The notes: generated by a model not told the origin, from the letters alone. Positions 36,291 through 47,391 are shown, counted from the first letter of the stretch. The stretch is DNA of 64,000 nucleotides from Terriglobia bacterium (GCA_963748015.1 CAVVHE010000004.1:1216001-1280000); one strand, 5' to 3'. Program-made: numbers and translations.

Positions 36291-36304
36291 GTGCGGCGAA
36301 AGCG

Positions 36305-36952
36305 TCAGCGGCTCGACTCGAGGAGTGAGCGCTCGGCGCGGCGCACCGCGGCGATGAAATCCTCGAGGCGGTCGAGGTTCATCTTGCCGGGGACGAACTC
36401 GACGCCGGAGGTGGCGTCGACACCGTAAGGGCGGGCCTCGGCGATCGCGGCCTCGACGTTGCCGGGATCGAGACCGCCCGAGATCAGGATCCGCCCGTGG
36501 ACGGCGAAGGCGCGCGCGTGCCGCCAGCCGGGGATCCCGGCCTGGCCGGGCGCGCCTCCCGCCCGCGACCAGTCGAGGAGGAACGTGGTGCACGCGTACC
36601 CCTCGAAGGCGTCGGACGTGAATCCGGGATCCACCCTCAAGGTCTTGTACCAGGCGAACGGGCGGAGGGACTCGCAAAAGGACGGGGACTCGTCGCCGTC
36701 GAGCTGGATCGCGGTGAGCCCCACCCTGCGCGCGATCTCGAGGACACGGATGATCGGGTCCCCCGCGAAGACGCCGACCTTGGCGACGAAGGCCGGCAGG
36801 CGCTCGACGATGCGGCGGGCGTCCTCGTGGTCGATCCGGCGCGGGCTGGCCTCGGAGAAGTGGAAACCCAGGGCGTCCACGCCCAGCAGGGACGCATCGA
36901 TCGCGTCCCGCTCCTCGGTGACGCCGCAAACCTTGACGAGAACCCGGCTCAC
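36305..36952 (-). CDS. trpF: Phosphoribosylanthranilate isomerase
   Basis: VKVCGVT, SPRRI, KVGVF, IQLDGDES, SGGLDPGNV, PYGVDATSGVE..PGK. Confidence 0.9.
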   Translation of the reverse strand: MSRVLVKVCGVTEERDAIDASLLGVDALGFHFSEASPRRIDHEDARRIVERLPAFVAKVGVFAGDPIIRVLEIARRVGLTAIQLDGDESPSFCESLRPFAWYKTLRVDPGFTSDAFEGYACTTFLLDWSRAGGAPGQAGIPGWRHARAFAVHGRILISGGLDPGNVEAAIAEARPYGVDATSGVEFVPGKMNLDRLEDFIAAVRRAERSLLESSR

Positions 36953-37578
36953 AGGACCGCGAACTTCACGAACACCGGATCCGGGAGCTCGGGGGTCTTC
37001 AGGAAGAGCTCGAACCGCTTCCCCTTCACTCCGGTCTTCGGGCGCGGGAAGTAGATGTAATCGATGATGAAGCCGAACTGCGGCAGGCCGACCGAGTCGC
37101 GGACGATCGTCGAGTCGAGGAAGTTGTCCGGAAACCCGCGCGTGGGGCTGAACTTGCTCGGGTACTGCACGAAGGCGGCGAACCGGTTGAAGACGATCTC
37201 GCTCAGCTCCGCCAGCCTGCGGTCGAGGTCGAGGAACTGGTAGTTGTCGATCAGCTCCCTCGGCTCGACGCACGGGTACTCGGTCCCGTCCTCGTCCCTC
37301 AGGGTGAACGACTCCCGCGTGATCGAGATCTTCTTCAGCCCCCGGTTGGCGACGCAGATCTCGAGCGGGATGTAGCCGCCCTCCTCGCGGTACCGCGTCG
37401 GGCGCGTGTCCACGATGAACGAGACGAGATTCCCCTCCTCGATGTACGCGAAGGTCGAGAGCTTCCGGTCGAGGCCCTTGACGTCCACCTTCTGCTTCGG
37501 CGTGTTTCGCTGCTCGGCGCACGACGCCGCCGAGAGAATCAGGGCCGCAGCCGCGGCAAGCCGCAAGTGGACGCGCAT
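36949..37578 (-). CDS. Hypothetical lipoprotein
   Basis: Leader LAAAAALILSAASC; strong codon bias; stop overlaps the trpF start. Confidence 0.8.
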   Translation of the reverse strand: MRVHLRLAAAAALILSAASCAEQRNTPKQKVDVKGLDRKLSTFAYIEEGNLVSFIVDTRPTRYREEGGYIPLEICVANRGLKKISITRESFTLRDEDGTEYPCVEPRELIDNYQFLDLDRRLAELSEIVFNRFAAFVQYPSKFSPTRGFPDNFLDSTIVRDSVGLPQFGFIIDYIYFPRPKTGVKGKRFELFLKTPELPDPVFVKFAVL

Positions 37579-37657
37579 TCCCCACCTCCCCAGCCGCTGC
37601 ACCCGCATGCGGTGGTTTTCGAGAGTATTCCGGGCCCCGCGGGGCGTCAAGCGCGCG

Positions 37658-39869
37658 TCAGAGGAGGGAGACGGGGTCGACGTCCACGCGGACCGCCCGG
37701 CGCGGGACCTTGCCCTCGGTGGAAGCTAGGGCCCGGTCCACGGCGCTGACGAGGCGCCTGCGGCCGGCCGAGCGGACGAGGATCTGGCTGCGGTACTTCC
37801 CCTTGAGGCGCTCGATCGGCGCGGGCCCCGGCCCGGACAGGATCAGCCGGCCTTCCCCCTCGCGCCCGAGGGCCTCCGCGAGGATGGCGGACCAGGCGGA
37901 GGCCTTTCCGGGGTCGCGGTCCTCGACGACGATCTCCACCAGGGCGGTGAAGGGCGGGTAGCGAAGCGCGCGGCGGTAGACGATCTCGCGCTCGTAGAAC
38001 GCCTCGTAGTCCTGGGTCGCCGCCGCCAGGAGCACCGGGTGCGCCGGGTCGAACGCCTGGATGAGGACGGTTCCCGGCGCGGCCCCGCGCCCGGCCCGTC
38101 CCGCGACCTGCGTGAGCAGCTGGAAGGTCCGCTCGGCCGCGCGAAAGTCGGGCAGGCCGAGCGTCTGGTCCGCCGAGAGCACGCCCACGAGCGTGACCCC
38201 CGGGAAATCGTGCCCCTTGGCGATCATCTGCGTCCCGACGAGGACGTCGATCTCCCGCTCGTCGAAGCGCCTCAGCAGCGCCTCCTGCGCGCCGCGGCGG
38301 CGGACCGTGTCACGATCCATGCGGGCGATGCGAGCCCCGGGGACCGCCTCGCGAAGATCCTCCTCGATCCTCTCGGTTCCCTCGCCGATCGCCGCGAGGC
38401 GATCGGACCCGCACGACGGGCAGCGCTCGGGAAGCGTCCTCTCGAGGTCGCAGTAGTGGCAGCGCAGCTTCCGGGCCGAGCGGTGCCAGGTCATCGCGAT
38501 GCTGCACCGCGAGCAGGAGACGCGCGCCCCGCACGCCGGGCAGTGGAGCGCCGCGGCCCATCCCCTGCGGTTCCGCAGCACGAGCGCCTGGTTGCCGCTC
38601 GCCAGGGTGCCGCGAAGGGCGTCGACGAGCGCCCCGGAGAGCGGCTTCACGCCGCGGGCCTGGCCGAACTCCCGGCGCATGTCCACGATCTCGACGGCGG
38701 GCATCGGCCGGTCCTCGACGCGCCCGCCGAGCCGCAGGAGCGTGTAGCGGCCCTCGCGCGCGTTGCGGAACGACTCGAGCGACGGCGTCGCGGAGCCGAG
38801 GAGCAGCACCGCCTTCGCCTCGCGTGCGCGGACCACGGCGAGGTCGCGGCCGTTGTACCTCGGAGCGTCGTCCTGCTTGTAGGAGCCGTCCTGCTCTTCG
38901 TCCACCACGATGAGCCCCGGATCCGCGAGGGGCGCGAAGAGGGCGGAGCGCGCGCCGACCACCAGCCTCGCCTCCCCCCTTCGAACGCGGTCCCAGGTCC
39001 GGCGGCGCTGCCGGGGGCAGCCCGCTGTGGAGCACCGCGAGAGACTCCGCGAACCGCCGCGTCAGCCGGGAGACCAGGAGCGGCGTCAGCCCGATCTCCG
39101 GCACGAGATAGAGTACGCCGCGCCCCCGGGCGAGCGTCGCTTCCGCGGCCCGCAGGTAGACCTCGGTCTTCCCGGAGCCGGTGGCGCCGAAGAGGAGGAA
39201 CGGCGCGTACTCCCCCCCGGCCACCGCGCTCAGGAGCGGCTCGAGGACGGCGGTCTGCGCGGGGGTAGGATGGACACGCGGCTCGGGTGGCGACACGGGG
39301 CGCGAGGGAGTCGAGGCCGGATCGTCCCGCCTCTCCACCCACTCGGCGAAACCGGCCCGGACGAGATCCAACGCGGCGCGACGCGCCGCCACACCGAGGC
39401 GGGCGGCCGGGACCGGCGTCCCGTCCTCCGGCAGCGCCAGGAACGCTTTCCGCCGCGCGGTGGCGCGGGCCGGGATGGCGGCCGCGTCCGCCCCGGCGGC
39501 GCGCCGCAGGAGACGGGGGTCCGCGGCCCGGCGGGGAGCGGGGGGGATCGCGGCGTCGATGGCTTCTCCCCACGAGCAGAGATAGTAGTCCGCCGCGAAG
39601 CGCGCGAGCTCGAGGAGTGCCTGCGCGACGGGTGGCTCCGATTCGACGACCGCCTCGATCTCCCGGACCTCGACCCCCTCCGCCGGCTCGCTCGCCGGCC
39701 ACTCCACCACCGTCCCGACGACGCGGCGCCGCCCGAGCGGCACGCGCACGCGCACGCCCACGGCGACGGCGTCGCGCAACCCGGCGCCGACTCGGTAGGT
39801 GAACTGTCGCCTGACGGGGATCGGGACGGCGACGGAGGCGTAGAGGACCTCGGCGCCCTCCCGGCTCAC
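37658..39869 (-). CDS. priA: Primosomal protein N' (PriA), frameshift near 39005-39015
   Basis: GATGSGKTEVY, LVPEIGLTP, LHSGL | VVGARSALFAP, DEEQD, four CxxC, GTQMIAKGHDF, QVAGRAGR. Confidence 0.95.
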
Positions 39870-40744
39870 GGCGATTCGTCCATCTTGGCGCGCGCCGCCT
39901 TGAGGTCCTCCCAGACCTTCCGCCGGTTCTCGGGGGTGTAGACCCGGAGCAGGTAGGCGGGATGGAAGGTCGGCATCACCGGGATCCCGCGGAAGACTCC
40001 CCAGTTGCCGCGGAGCTGCGTGATGCCCGTGCGGGTGCCGAGGAGCGTCTTGGCCGCCGGCGCGCCCAGCGCGACGAGGACCCGCGGACGGATCGCCTCG
40101 ATCTGCGCGAACAGGAAACTCGCGCAGGTGCCGACCTCGTCCGGCTCGGGGGTCCGATTCTCCGGAGGACGGCACTTCACCACGTTCGCGATGTAGACCT
40201 CCTCGCGCTCGAGGCCGATGGAACGGATCATCTCGTCGAGCTTCTTCCCGGCGCGGCCGACGAACGGCTCGCCGCGCGCGTCCTCCTCGGCCCCGGGCCC
40301 CTCGCCGACGAACATCAACCTCGCGCGCGGGTTCCCCACGCCGAAGACGATGTGGGTGCGGCCCGCGTGGAGCTTGCAGCGCTTGCAGTCTCCGATCTCG
40401 TCGCGGATCTCCCGGAGGCGCTCCAGCGAATCGGCGGCGTCGGAGTCCGCCGCGACGAGAGCGAAAAGCTCGGCGCCCTGCAGCGGCGGCGGGGCCGCCG
40501 GCGGCGCGGAGGGGGCCGCGGCGGGAACCGGGGCGTGCCGGACCGGCTCGGGCGCGGCGGCGACGGGCGGAGCGACGACGGGCGGAGGAGAGGGCGGGTC
40601 GACGACAGGCGGAGCGGCCGCGGGCGCGGCGGCCGGTTCCCGTGACTCGAGGAAGAGGTCGCGAACGCCGATGTCCCGGAGGTACGCGACCCATTCGGCG
40701 AGAGCGCGGCCGGCGTCGCCGCCACCGGCGCCGGAAGGACTCAC
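39866..40744 (-). CDS. Family-4 uracil-DNA glycosylase (Fe-S)
   Basis: [41 protein letters not shown]; Pro-rich N-terminal linker. Confidence 0.95.
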   Translation of the reverse strand: MSPSGAGGGDAGRALAEWVAYLRDIGVRDLFLESREPAAAPAAAPPVVDPPSPPPVVAPPVAAAPEPVRHAPVPAAAPSAPPAAPPPLQGAELFALVAADSDAADSLERLREIRDEIGDCKRCKLHAGRTHIVFGVGNPRARLMFVGEGPGAEEDARGEPFVGRAGKKLDEMIRSIGLEREEVYIANVVKCRPPENRTPEPDEVGTCASFLFAQIEAIRPRVLVALGAPAAKTLLGTRTGITQLRGNWGVFRGIPVMPTFHPAYLLRVYTPENRRKVWEDLKAARAKMDESP

Positions 40745-41925
40745 GACGCCGCGTCCCGGCCGAACACCCGGTCGAGGATCGCGTCGGCGATCTCCGCCTT
40801 CGAGGCTTCGGCCACCTCGACGGAGCCGCCCTCCCGGTCGAGGATCGTGACGGCGTTCCGGTCCGACTCGATCCCGCGCCCGGCGTTCGAGACTTCGTTG
40901 GCCACGATGAAGTCCAGGTTTTTCGCGGCGAGCTTCTCCCTCGCGTTGGCGACGAGGTTCTCGGTCTCCGCGGCGAACCCCACCAGCAGCAGGCCGCCCT
41001 TGTCGCGCCCGAGCTCCGCGAGGATGTCCGGGCCCCTACGGAGCGAGAGCTCGAGCGGTGCCTGGCCCTTCTTGATCTTCGAACCCGAGGGGTCGGTCAC
41101 GAAGTCGGAGACCGCCGCGGCCATGATCACGGCGGCGGCGCCGGCGCGGCTCTCCAGCACGGCCCGCCGCATCTCCTCGCTGGTCGTCACCTTCGCGACC
41201 TCGACGCCGAAGGGAGGCGCCAGGTCCACGGGCCCGCTGATCAGCGCCACGCTCGCGCCGCGCCGCGCGGCCGCCGCCGCGAGCGCGTATCCCATCTTCC
41301 CCGAAGAGCGGTTCGACAGGAACCGGACGGGATCGATCGGCTCGCGCGTCGGCCCGGCCGTCACCACGATCCGCTTTCCCTCGAGCTGCCGCGACCTCCG
41401 CGCGGCCGCGAGGGTCGCGGCCACGATCGCCTCCGGCTCCGCGAGCCGGCCCCACCCGCTCTCGCCCTCGGCCAGCCAGCCGGAATCCGGATCCACTACC
41501 CCAACGCCGCGGGCCTTCAGGGTCGCGAGGCTCGCGCGGGTCGCGGGGTGGAGCCACATCCTGGTGTTCATCGCGGGAGCCACGACCACCGGGGCCGTCA
41601 CGGCCAGGTAGAACGTGGAGAGGAAGTCGTCGGCGATCCCCGCGGCGAGCTTGGCGAGCACGTTCGCGGTCGCGGGCGCCACCACGAGCGCGTCCACCTG
41701 GCGCGCCAGGTCGATGTGCTGGACGGTCTCCGAGGCCGCGAGGTCGAAGGGGTCGAGCAGCACCTTCCGGCGGGACAGGGTCTCGAGCGTCAGCGGCGTG
41801 ATGAAGCGCGTCGCGTTGGCGGTCATGACGACCTGCACCGACGCCCCGGCGCGGTCGAGACCCCGCACGATCTCGCAGGCCTTGTAGGCCGCGATCCCTC
41901 CGCTGACACCGAGCGCGATCAGCAT
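40741..41925 (-). CDS. coaBC: Phosphopantothenoylcysteine decarboxylase/ligase
   Basis: [50 protein letters not shown]. Confidence 0.97.
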   Translation of the reverse strand: MLIALGVSGGIAAYKACEIVRGLDRAGASVQVVMTANATRFITPLTLETLSRRKVLLDPFDLAASETVQHIDLARQVDALVVAPATANVLAKLAAGIADDFLSTFYLAVTAPVVVAPAMNTRMWLHPATRASLATLKARGVGVVDPDSGWLAEGESGWGRLAEPEAIVAATLAAARRSRQLEGKRIVVTAGPTREPIDPVRFLSNRSSGKMGYALAAAAARRGASVALISGPVDLAPPFGVEVAKVTTSEEMRRAVLESRAGAAAVIMAAAVSDFVTDPSGSKIKKGQAPLELSLRRGPDILAELGRDKGGLLLVGFAAETENLVANAREKLAAKNLDFIVANEVSNAGRGIESDRNAVTILDREGGSVEVAEASKAEIADAILDRVFGRDAAS

Positions 41926-41940
41926 GGCGCTCCTCTACAG

Positions 41941-42159
41941 CTACCCTTCGCTCTCCTCGGCCTCGCTCTCCTCCGCCGGGGCGTTGGGATCCCACTCCTC
42001 CACCAGCCCGTACGCGACCTCTTCCTGGGCGATGATGGTCGCCTTCCGGTGCTGCGACTTCAGGCGCGGGATCGCTCCCGCCTGGAGCTGCTCCGCGCGC
42101 ATGGAGGCCAGGGTGACGAACCGGTACGTGCTCCCGAGATTCTCCGGCAGCTTCAACAT
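41941..42159 (-). CDS. rpoZ: RNA polymerase omega subunit
   Basis: STYRFVTLASMRAEQLQAGA.P, K.T.IAQEEV; lies between gmk and coaBC. Confidence 0.9.
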   Translation of the reverse strand: MLKLPENLGSTYRFVTLASMRAEQLQAGAIPRLKSQHRKATIIAQEEVAYGLVEEWDPNAPAEESEAEESEG

Positions 42160-42180
42160 CCGTATCTCTCCTGCGCCCCG

Positions 42181-42801
42181 CTAGGACGGGGCCGGGAATG
42201 TGGCCAGCGTTCTCTCCGCGTCGGCCCGGAGCCGGGCGACGCGCCTCCTCTCGGCCGTCACGATGGAGCGTAGATCCTCCACCGCCTGCTCCAGCCGGTC
42301 GTTGATCACCAGGTAATCATAATGCCGGTACTCGCCGGCTTCCTGCCTCGCCAAAGCCAGGCGCCCGCGAATCTGCGCCTCGTCGTCGCTCGCCCGCGAG
42401 CGGAGCCGGTGCTCGAGGGTGGCGTAGTCCGGGGGTAGAAGGAAGACCGACACCGAGGCGATCCCGCTCTCGCGAACCTTCCTGGCTCCCTGGACGTCGA
42501 TGTCCAGGAGGAGGTCCCGTCCCGCCTCGAGCGCCGTCTCGCTCGCCTCCCGCCCGGTCCCGTAGCGGTGGCCGAAGACGTGGGCCCATTCGAGGAACCC
42601 GCCCCCGGCCGCCATGGCGTCGAACTTCCCCTCGTCCACGAAGTGGTACTCGCGCCCGTCCTGCTCGCCGGCGCGCCGTGGGCGCGTCGTGTAGGAAACC
42701 GAGAACCCGATTCCGTCCACGCTGGCGAGGAGGCGCTTCGCGACACTCGACTTCCCCGTGCCCGACGGGGCCGAGATCACGAACAGGATGCCTCGCGCCA
42801 C
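42181..42801 (-). CDS. gmk: Guanylate kinase
   Basis: SAPSGTGKS, SYTTRPRRAGEQDGREYHF, DIDVQGA. Confidence 0.97.
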   Translation of the reverse strand: MARGILFVISAPSGTGKSSVAKRLLASVDGIGFSVSYTTRPRRAGEQDGREYHFVDEGKFDAMAAGGGFLEWAHVFGHRYGTGREASETALEAGRDLLLDIDVQGARKVRESGIASVSVFLLPPDYATLEHRLRSRASDDEAQIRGRLALARQEAGEYRHYDYLVINDRLEQAVEDLRSIVTAERRRVARLRADAERTLATFPAPS

Positions 42802-42813
42802 CTCGTCTCCTCC

Positions 42814-43698
42814 TCACTCGAGGTTCTGGATCTGCTCGCGCACTTTCTCGGCCTCCGACTTGAGGGCGAGTACGACGCGGCTGACCGAAAGATCGGCGGA
42901 CTTGCTGTTGACCGTGTTGGTCTCGCGGTTGACTTCCTGGAGGAGGAAGTCGAGACGCTTGCCGACCGGCTCGCCGTCCGGCTCGGAGAGCAGGGCGGCC
43001 ACCTGGGAGAGGTGGCCCGAGAGCCTCACCAGCTCCTCGGTGACGTCCGCGCGGTCGGCGAGGTACGCAGCCTCCTGCGCGAGCCGGGCGGGATCGAGCT
43101 CCACCCCCTCCGCCAGCGTCCTGAGCCGCTCGAGCAGACGCTGCCTGAGCATCCCCGGAACCGCCGCGGAGAGGCGCCTCAGCTCGACCGCCAGCTCGTC
43201 CATCCTGGCGACTCGAGCGCGGAGGTCGTCCCGGAGCGCTTCCCCTTCGCGGCGCCGCTCCGCGTCGAGCGCGTCGAGCGCGACGTCGAGCGCCCGGAAG
43301 GCCGTGGCGATCTCCTCCTCTCCGAACCCCCCGGCGCCTTCCGCGGGCTGGAGCATTCCCTGGACCTGGAGCATCGCCCGGAGGTCGAGAGCGCCCTCCG
43401 CCCCGAAATCCTCCCGAAGCTGGCGGGCGGCCGCCACGACCGCCTCGGCGAGCGAGCGGTTCAGGGAGAGCGCGGGGGCCACCCTCGTTCCCTCGATCCG
43501 GAGGTCGGCCTCTACGCGCCCGCGCCGGACCCGCGCGAGGATTCGGCCGCGGATCTCCCCCTCGCGGCGCGCGAGCTCGGCGGGAAGCCGCAGCTTCAGG
43601 TCCGCGAACCGGTTGTTCAGGGTGCGGATCTCCGCGCGGGCGCGAAATCCCGCGATCTCGGCGGAGCCTTGCCCGTAACCGGTCATGGAGCGGATCAT
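42814..43698 (-). CDS. yicC: YicC/YloC family endoribonuclease
   Basis: MIRSMTGYG, RRGRV, DVTEELVRL, GKRLDFLLQEVNRETNT, REQIQNLE. Confidence 0.96.
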   Translation of the reverse strand: MIRSMTGYGQGSAEIAGFRARAEIRTLNNRFADLKLRLPAELARREGEIRGRILARVRRGRVEADLRIEGTRVAPALSLNRSLAEAVVAAARQLREDFGAEGALDLRAMLQVQGMLQPAEGAGGFGEEEIATAFRALDVALDALDAERRREGEALRDDLRARVARMDELAVELRRLSAAVPGMLRQRLLERLRTLAEGVELDPARLAQEAAYLADRADVTEELVRLSGHLSQVAALLSEPDGEPVGKRLDFLLQEVNRETNTVNSKSADLSVSRVVLALKSEAEKVREQIQNLE

Positions 43699-43749
43699 GG
43701 CGGAGATGGCCCTCGCGGGTCCGGACCCGGACCTACCCGCAAAGCGCGC

Positions 43750-43778
43750 ATTGGAGCACATCGCCCGCGCAAAGTCAA
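43750..43778 (-). promoter_or_regulatory. Possible promoter of the yicC-priA operon
   Basis: TTGACT-17 nt-TCCAAT with extended TG. Confidence 0.45.
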
Positions 43779-44022
43779 CGGATCCAAGGCGTTACCCGCG
43801 CGCGGCGCACCCGCTCGGGCAGCAGCCGGAGCCGTTCGGGAAGGCCCTCCGCCACGAGGAAATTTCGGCCGAGGTACACGAGGAGGTCGCGAGGATCGTA
43901 CGGTCGGCGGGCTAGGCCAGCGCGTCGAGGGGCGACGAACTCGGCGTCCCGGCGAGCCGGTCCCCGGCATGCTCCCACAGACAGCGCTCCATCCCCGCCT
44001 CGCGAGACGCCCCACCGCTCAT
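43775..44022 (-). CDS. Possible small hypothetical protein broken by indels
   Basis: ATGA overlap with the lpxB stop; protein-like YDPRDLLVYLGRNFLVAEG segment lies in a different frame. Confidence 0.3.
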
Positions 44023-45173
44023 GCGGGCTCCGCCTCGTCGAGCACCGCTCGGGCGGCCCTGTCGAACACCCCCGGCCCGCCGAGGCGCGATGGGATCTCT
44101 TCGAGGGCGTGCCGCACCCGCTCCGCCTCCCCCGGACGGTCGAGAAACGCGGCGAGCGCTTCCGCGATGCGTGGACCGGAGCATTCGCGCTGGATCAGCT
44201 CGGGCACGACGGCCCGTCCGAGGACGAGGTTCGGCAGCGCGATGTGCTCCACGCGGACCAGGAGCCTGGCAAGGAGGTAGGTCAGCGGGTGGAGGCGGTA
44301 CACGGCCACGATCGGCAAGCCCGCCAGCGCCGCCTCGAGCGTCGCGGTTCCCGACGCCACCGCCCCGGCCGCGCACGCCCGGAGGATCGCCGGGTAATGC
44401 CCGTCGAGGATCGCGACCCGATCGAGCCCCGACCGCCTCGCCTCGTCCTCGAGGCACCCCCGCGGAACCGTCGCGGCGCGCGGCACGACGAACGCGAGGT
44501 CCGGGTGCCGCGCGCGGAGGATTACCGCGGCCTCGAGCATGCTCGAGAAGTGTCGGGCGATCTCCCCCGGGCGGCTTCCCGGAAGGAGGGCGACGGCGCG
44601 GCGAGCCGGATCGAGCCCCGCCGCGGAGAGGGACGTCACGCGGCTCTCCCCGGCCGCCGCGGCGGCCGCCTCCGCGGCCGGATGGCCGACGAACGTCACG
44701 GGAATCCCCGCGTCGTCGTAGAAACGGGCCTCGAACGGGTAGAGCACGAGCATGCGGCGCACCGTCCGGCGGATGGTCTTCACGCGGCCGCGGCGCCACG
44801 CCCACACGGACGGACTGACGAAGTAGACCACGGGCACGCCCGCCCGCCGGACCCTCGACGCGAGACGGAGGTTGAAGTCGGGGAAGTCCACCGGGACGAC
44901 GACGTCGGGGCGCTCGCGCTCGACCGTCTCGACCAGCCGGGCCATCGCCCGGCGGATCGCGGGAAGGTGCCGCAGCACCTCGACGATGCCGACCACCGAA
45001 ACGTCCGAGAGATGCTGCACGAGCCGGACGCCGGAAGCGGCCATCTCGTCGCCGCCCATGCCCAGCAGCTCCACGTCCGGCCGGAGCCGGCGCAGCGCGT
45101 GCGCGAGCCCGGCGCCGAGGCGGTCTCCCGAGGCCTCTCCGGCGGAGAGGAGGACCCGGAGCCGCCGCGTCAT
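44019..45173 (-). CDS. lpxB: Lipid-A-disaccharide synthase
   Basis: AGEASGD, VDFPDFNL, SPSVWAWR, FVGHP, LLPGSR, ASGTATLE, LPN. Confidence 0.97.
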   Translation of the reverse strand: MTRRLRVLLSAGEASGDRLGAGLAHALRRLRPDVELLGMGGDEMAASGVRLVQHLSDVSVVGIVEVLRHLPAIRRAMARLVETVERERPDVVVPVDFPDFNLRLASRVRRAGVPVVYFVSPSVWAWRRGRVKTIRRTVRRMLVLYPFEARFYDDAGIPVTFVGHPAAEAAAAAAGESRVTSLSAAGLDPARRAVALLPGSRPGEIARHFSSMLEAAVILRARHPDLAFVVPRAATVPRGCLEDEARRSGLDRVAILDGHYPAILRACAAGAVASGTATLEAALAGLPIVAVYRLHPLTYLLARLLVRVEHIALPNLVLGRAVVPELIQRECSGPRIAEALAAFLDRPGEAERVRHALEEIPSRLGGPGVFDRAARAVLDEAEPA

Positions 45174-45865
45174 GCGGGGACCGCGGCGGGACGGGGCTCC
45201 TCGCGACCGATCCCCAGCTCCTCGTCGAGCGCGTCTGTCAGACGGTCGAGATCCGCCTCGACGAGCAGCCGGAGCCGCTCCGCCGCCGCGTCCTCCGTGT
45301 CGCGAGGGACCGCGATCGGGGCCCCGTAGAGGAACACGCCGCGGGAGAACAACCGGGGAATCAGCGTCCGGTCCCAGGATCGGAGCCGCCGCGCGGGAGC
45401 GGCCGAGAACGCGACCGGTACGATGGGAAGACCGGCAAGCCTCGCGGTCACGATCACGCCCGGCTTCACCCTGCGGCGAGGTCCTTTCGGCCCGTCCGGT
45501 GTGATGCCGACGTCGTAGCCGCGCTTCACCTTTCTCAGGATGTCGAGGAGGGCCTCGGCACCCCCCCGCGTGCTGGATCCCCTCGAGATCTCGAGCCCGA
45601 AGCGCACGAGGATCCTGTTGAGCATCTCGGCGTCGCGGTGGCGGCTCGAGAGCACCGTGAGTCGCGGTCCCGGATAGGAGTACGGCATCATCAGAAAGCG
45701 CGCGTGCCAGAAGGCGAGAATGAAGCCGCCCGCGTCCTTGCGGGCCTGCTCGAGGTGCTCCCTCCCCCGGAACTCGACGCGCATCGTCGCGTGCAGCAGC
45801 CGGATGTAGAGGTGTCCCGCGGGCGGGACGAAAGTCAGCATGAGACGTTCGGTCCAGGGATTCAC
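45170..45865 (-). CDS. DUF374 lysophospholipid-acyltransferase-like protein
   Basis: AFWHAR, SRHRDAE, RGSSTRGG, TPDGPKGP, SWDR...P.LFSR. Confidence 0.92.
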   Translation of the reverse strand: MNPWTERLMLTFVPPAGHLYIRLLHATMRVEFRGREHLEQARKDAGGFILAFWHARFLMMPYSYPGPRLTVLSSRHRDAEMLNRILVRFGLEISRGSSTRGGAEALLDILRKVKRGYDVGITPDGPKGPRRRVKPGVIVTARLAGLPIVPVAFSAAPARRLRSWDRTLIPRLFSRGVFLYGAPIAVPRDTEDAAAERLRLLVEADLDRLTDALDEELGIGREEPRPAAVPA

Positions 45866-45891
45866 CGGTGCCCCTTTCCCGAGCGCGAAGT

Positions 45892-47391
45892 CTAGCCCGG
45901 ACCGGAGCCGGCGCGGAAGGCCGCCTCGACGTTCCCCTTCCAGCCGAAGTGCGCGCGGAAGCGGAAGAGGGTCTCCGGCGGAAGGGCGCCCAGCGGCCCG
46001 TTCCACGCCTCGAGATCGGAGACGACGTCGATGTCGGCGCGATCGACGGTGGTGATCGGCCGCCCGCGGGAGAGGAAGGCCTGGCGGACCACCGGGAGGC
46101 GATCCAAGTCGAAGCCCATCAGCACGGCGCACACGGCGTCCACCACCGCCGGATCGGTTCCGACGAGCACGACCCCGGCCTCGACCGGATCGGGGTTCAT
46201 CGGGCCGCTGCCGTCGCCGCCGACGATCCCGTCCACCACGCTCAGGTAGCGCTTCCGATTCCCGGCGAGGGGCGGCGCGAGGCTGCCGTCCTGACGGCCG
46301 TAGAGAAGCACCTTGTTCAGGTCGAGGCACATCCTCCAGGTCGTGTCGTTGCCGTACCAGTTCCCGCTGCGCACCACCGTCTCGGTGTCGCCGAAAGCCG
46401 TCTTGCCGAGCCGCTTCGCCCGGAGGAACAGGCGCGGCCCCACGTACGGGAACCGCAGCGCGATCGCCCGGAGGAATCGCACTCCCCGGCGCTCGATCCG
46501 CCGGCGGAGGGTGGATTCGGGGATCTCGTCGCCCCCCGACGCCGGGTCTCCCTCCGTGTGGTGGGGCAGCCAGTTCTTGTCGCCGTTGATGCCGACGAGG
46601 TTCTTCAGGTTGCAGGTGATGCCCGTCTTCTTGTGGGTCTTCATCTTCGGCAGGTTGATGAAGACGTCGGCCCGGATCGCGCTGCCGCTCACCAGGTACT
46701 CGTGACGGCCGGAGGCATGATGCGCGTTGACCTCCGACGTCGCGTAGTCCGCCCCGTAGTAGCGCCCCTCGCCGGCATGGCCGGCGAACTCGCTTTCCGA
46801 TCCGAGGTCGAACGCGACGTATCCCCTCGGGTCGCCCTCGAGGTCGAGCCGATCGAGGATCACGCCGTCCTGGTGTTTCCATTCCTGGCGCCTCAGGTCC
46901 ACCAGCTCGAAATCCACTCCGCGGCTCGCGTAGTAGGCGGCGATCTCGTCGAGCTTCAGCTGGCCCACGATGCGCGCCCAGGAGGAATCGGTCTGTGGAG
47001 CGTCCGCGAGCCAGATTCTCCCGCGTCCGCCGAGGGCGAGGGCGACGTAGTCGGCCACCGCGCGAATGACGCTGCCGTGAGTCATCACGTAGCGCCAGCC
47101 CTCGGGGTCCCTCGGGTGCCCTTCCTTGACCAGATTCGGCTTGAGCAGCACCTTGTCTCCCGGGCGGACGAAGGAGGAGAGCGGGTTCCACTTGGCGCTT
47201 CCGAATCGCGTTGCGTCGAATCCCGCGAGGCGGAACCCCCGCCGGACGGCGTCGTAGGCCTCGTTCGGCTCCGACCCCACGTCGTCGAACGGCGCCTCGG
47301 GATAGCGGACTCCGGGGTGGAACGGCGGCGTGTCGGGATAGCGCGCCCGCGGGGTCCTGGCGACGGCGACGCGTCGGTCCGTTGTGGACAT
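45892..47391 (-). CDS. DUF362-domain protein (long form)
   Basis: PGDKVLLKPNLV, INLPKMKTHKKTGIT..LKNLVG, DGIVGGDGSGP, DP..VD. Confidence 0.88.
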   Translation of the reverse strand: MSTTDRRVAVARTPRARYPDTPPFHPGVRYPEAPFDDVGSEPNEAYDAVRRGFRLAGFDATRFGSAKWNPLSSFVRPGDKVLLKPNLVKEGHPRDPEGWRYVMTHGSVIRAVADYVALALGGRGRIWLADAPQTDSSWARIVGQLKLDEIAAYYASRGVDFELVDLRRQEWKHQDGVILDRLDLEGDPRGYVAFDLGSESEFAGHAGEGRYYGADYATSEVNAHHASGRHEYLVSGSAIRADVFINLPKMKTHKKTGITCNLKNLVGINGDKNWLPHHTEGDPASGGDEIPESTLRRRIERRGVRFLRAIALRFPYVGPRLFLRAKRLGKTAFGDTETVVRSGNWYGNDTTWRMCLDLNKVLLYGRQDGSLAPPLAGNRKRYLSVVDGIVGGDGSGPMNPDPVEAGVVLVGTDPAVVDAVCAVLMGFDLDRLPVVRQAFLSRGRPITTVDRADIDVVSDLEAWNGPLGALPPETLFRFRAHFGWKGNVEAAFRAGSGPG

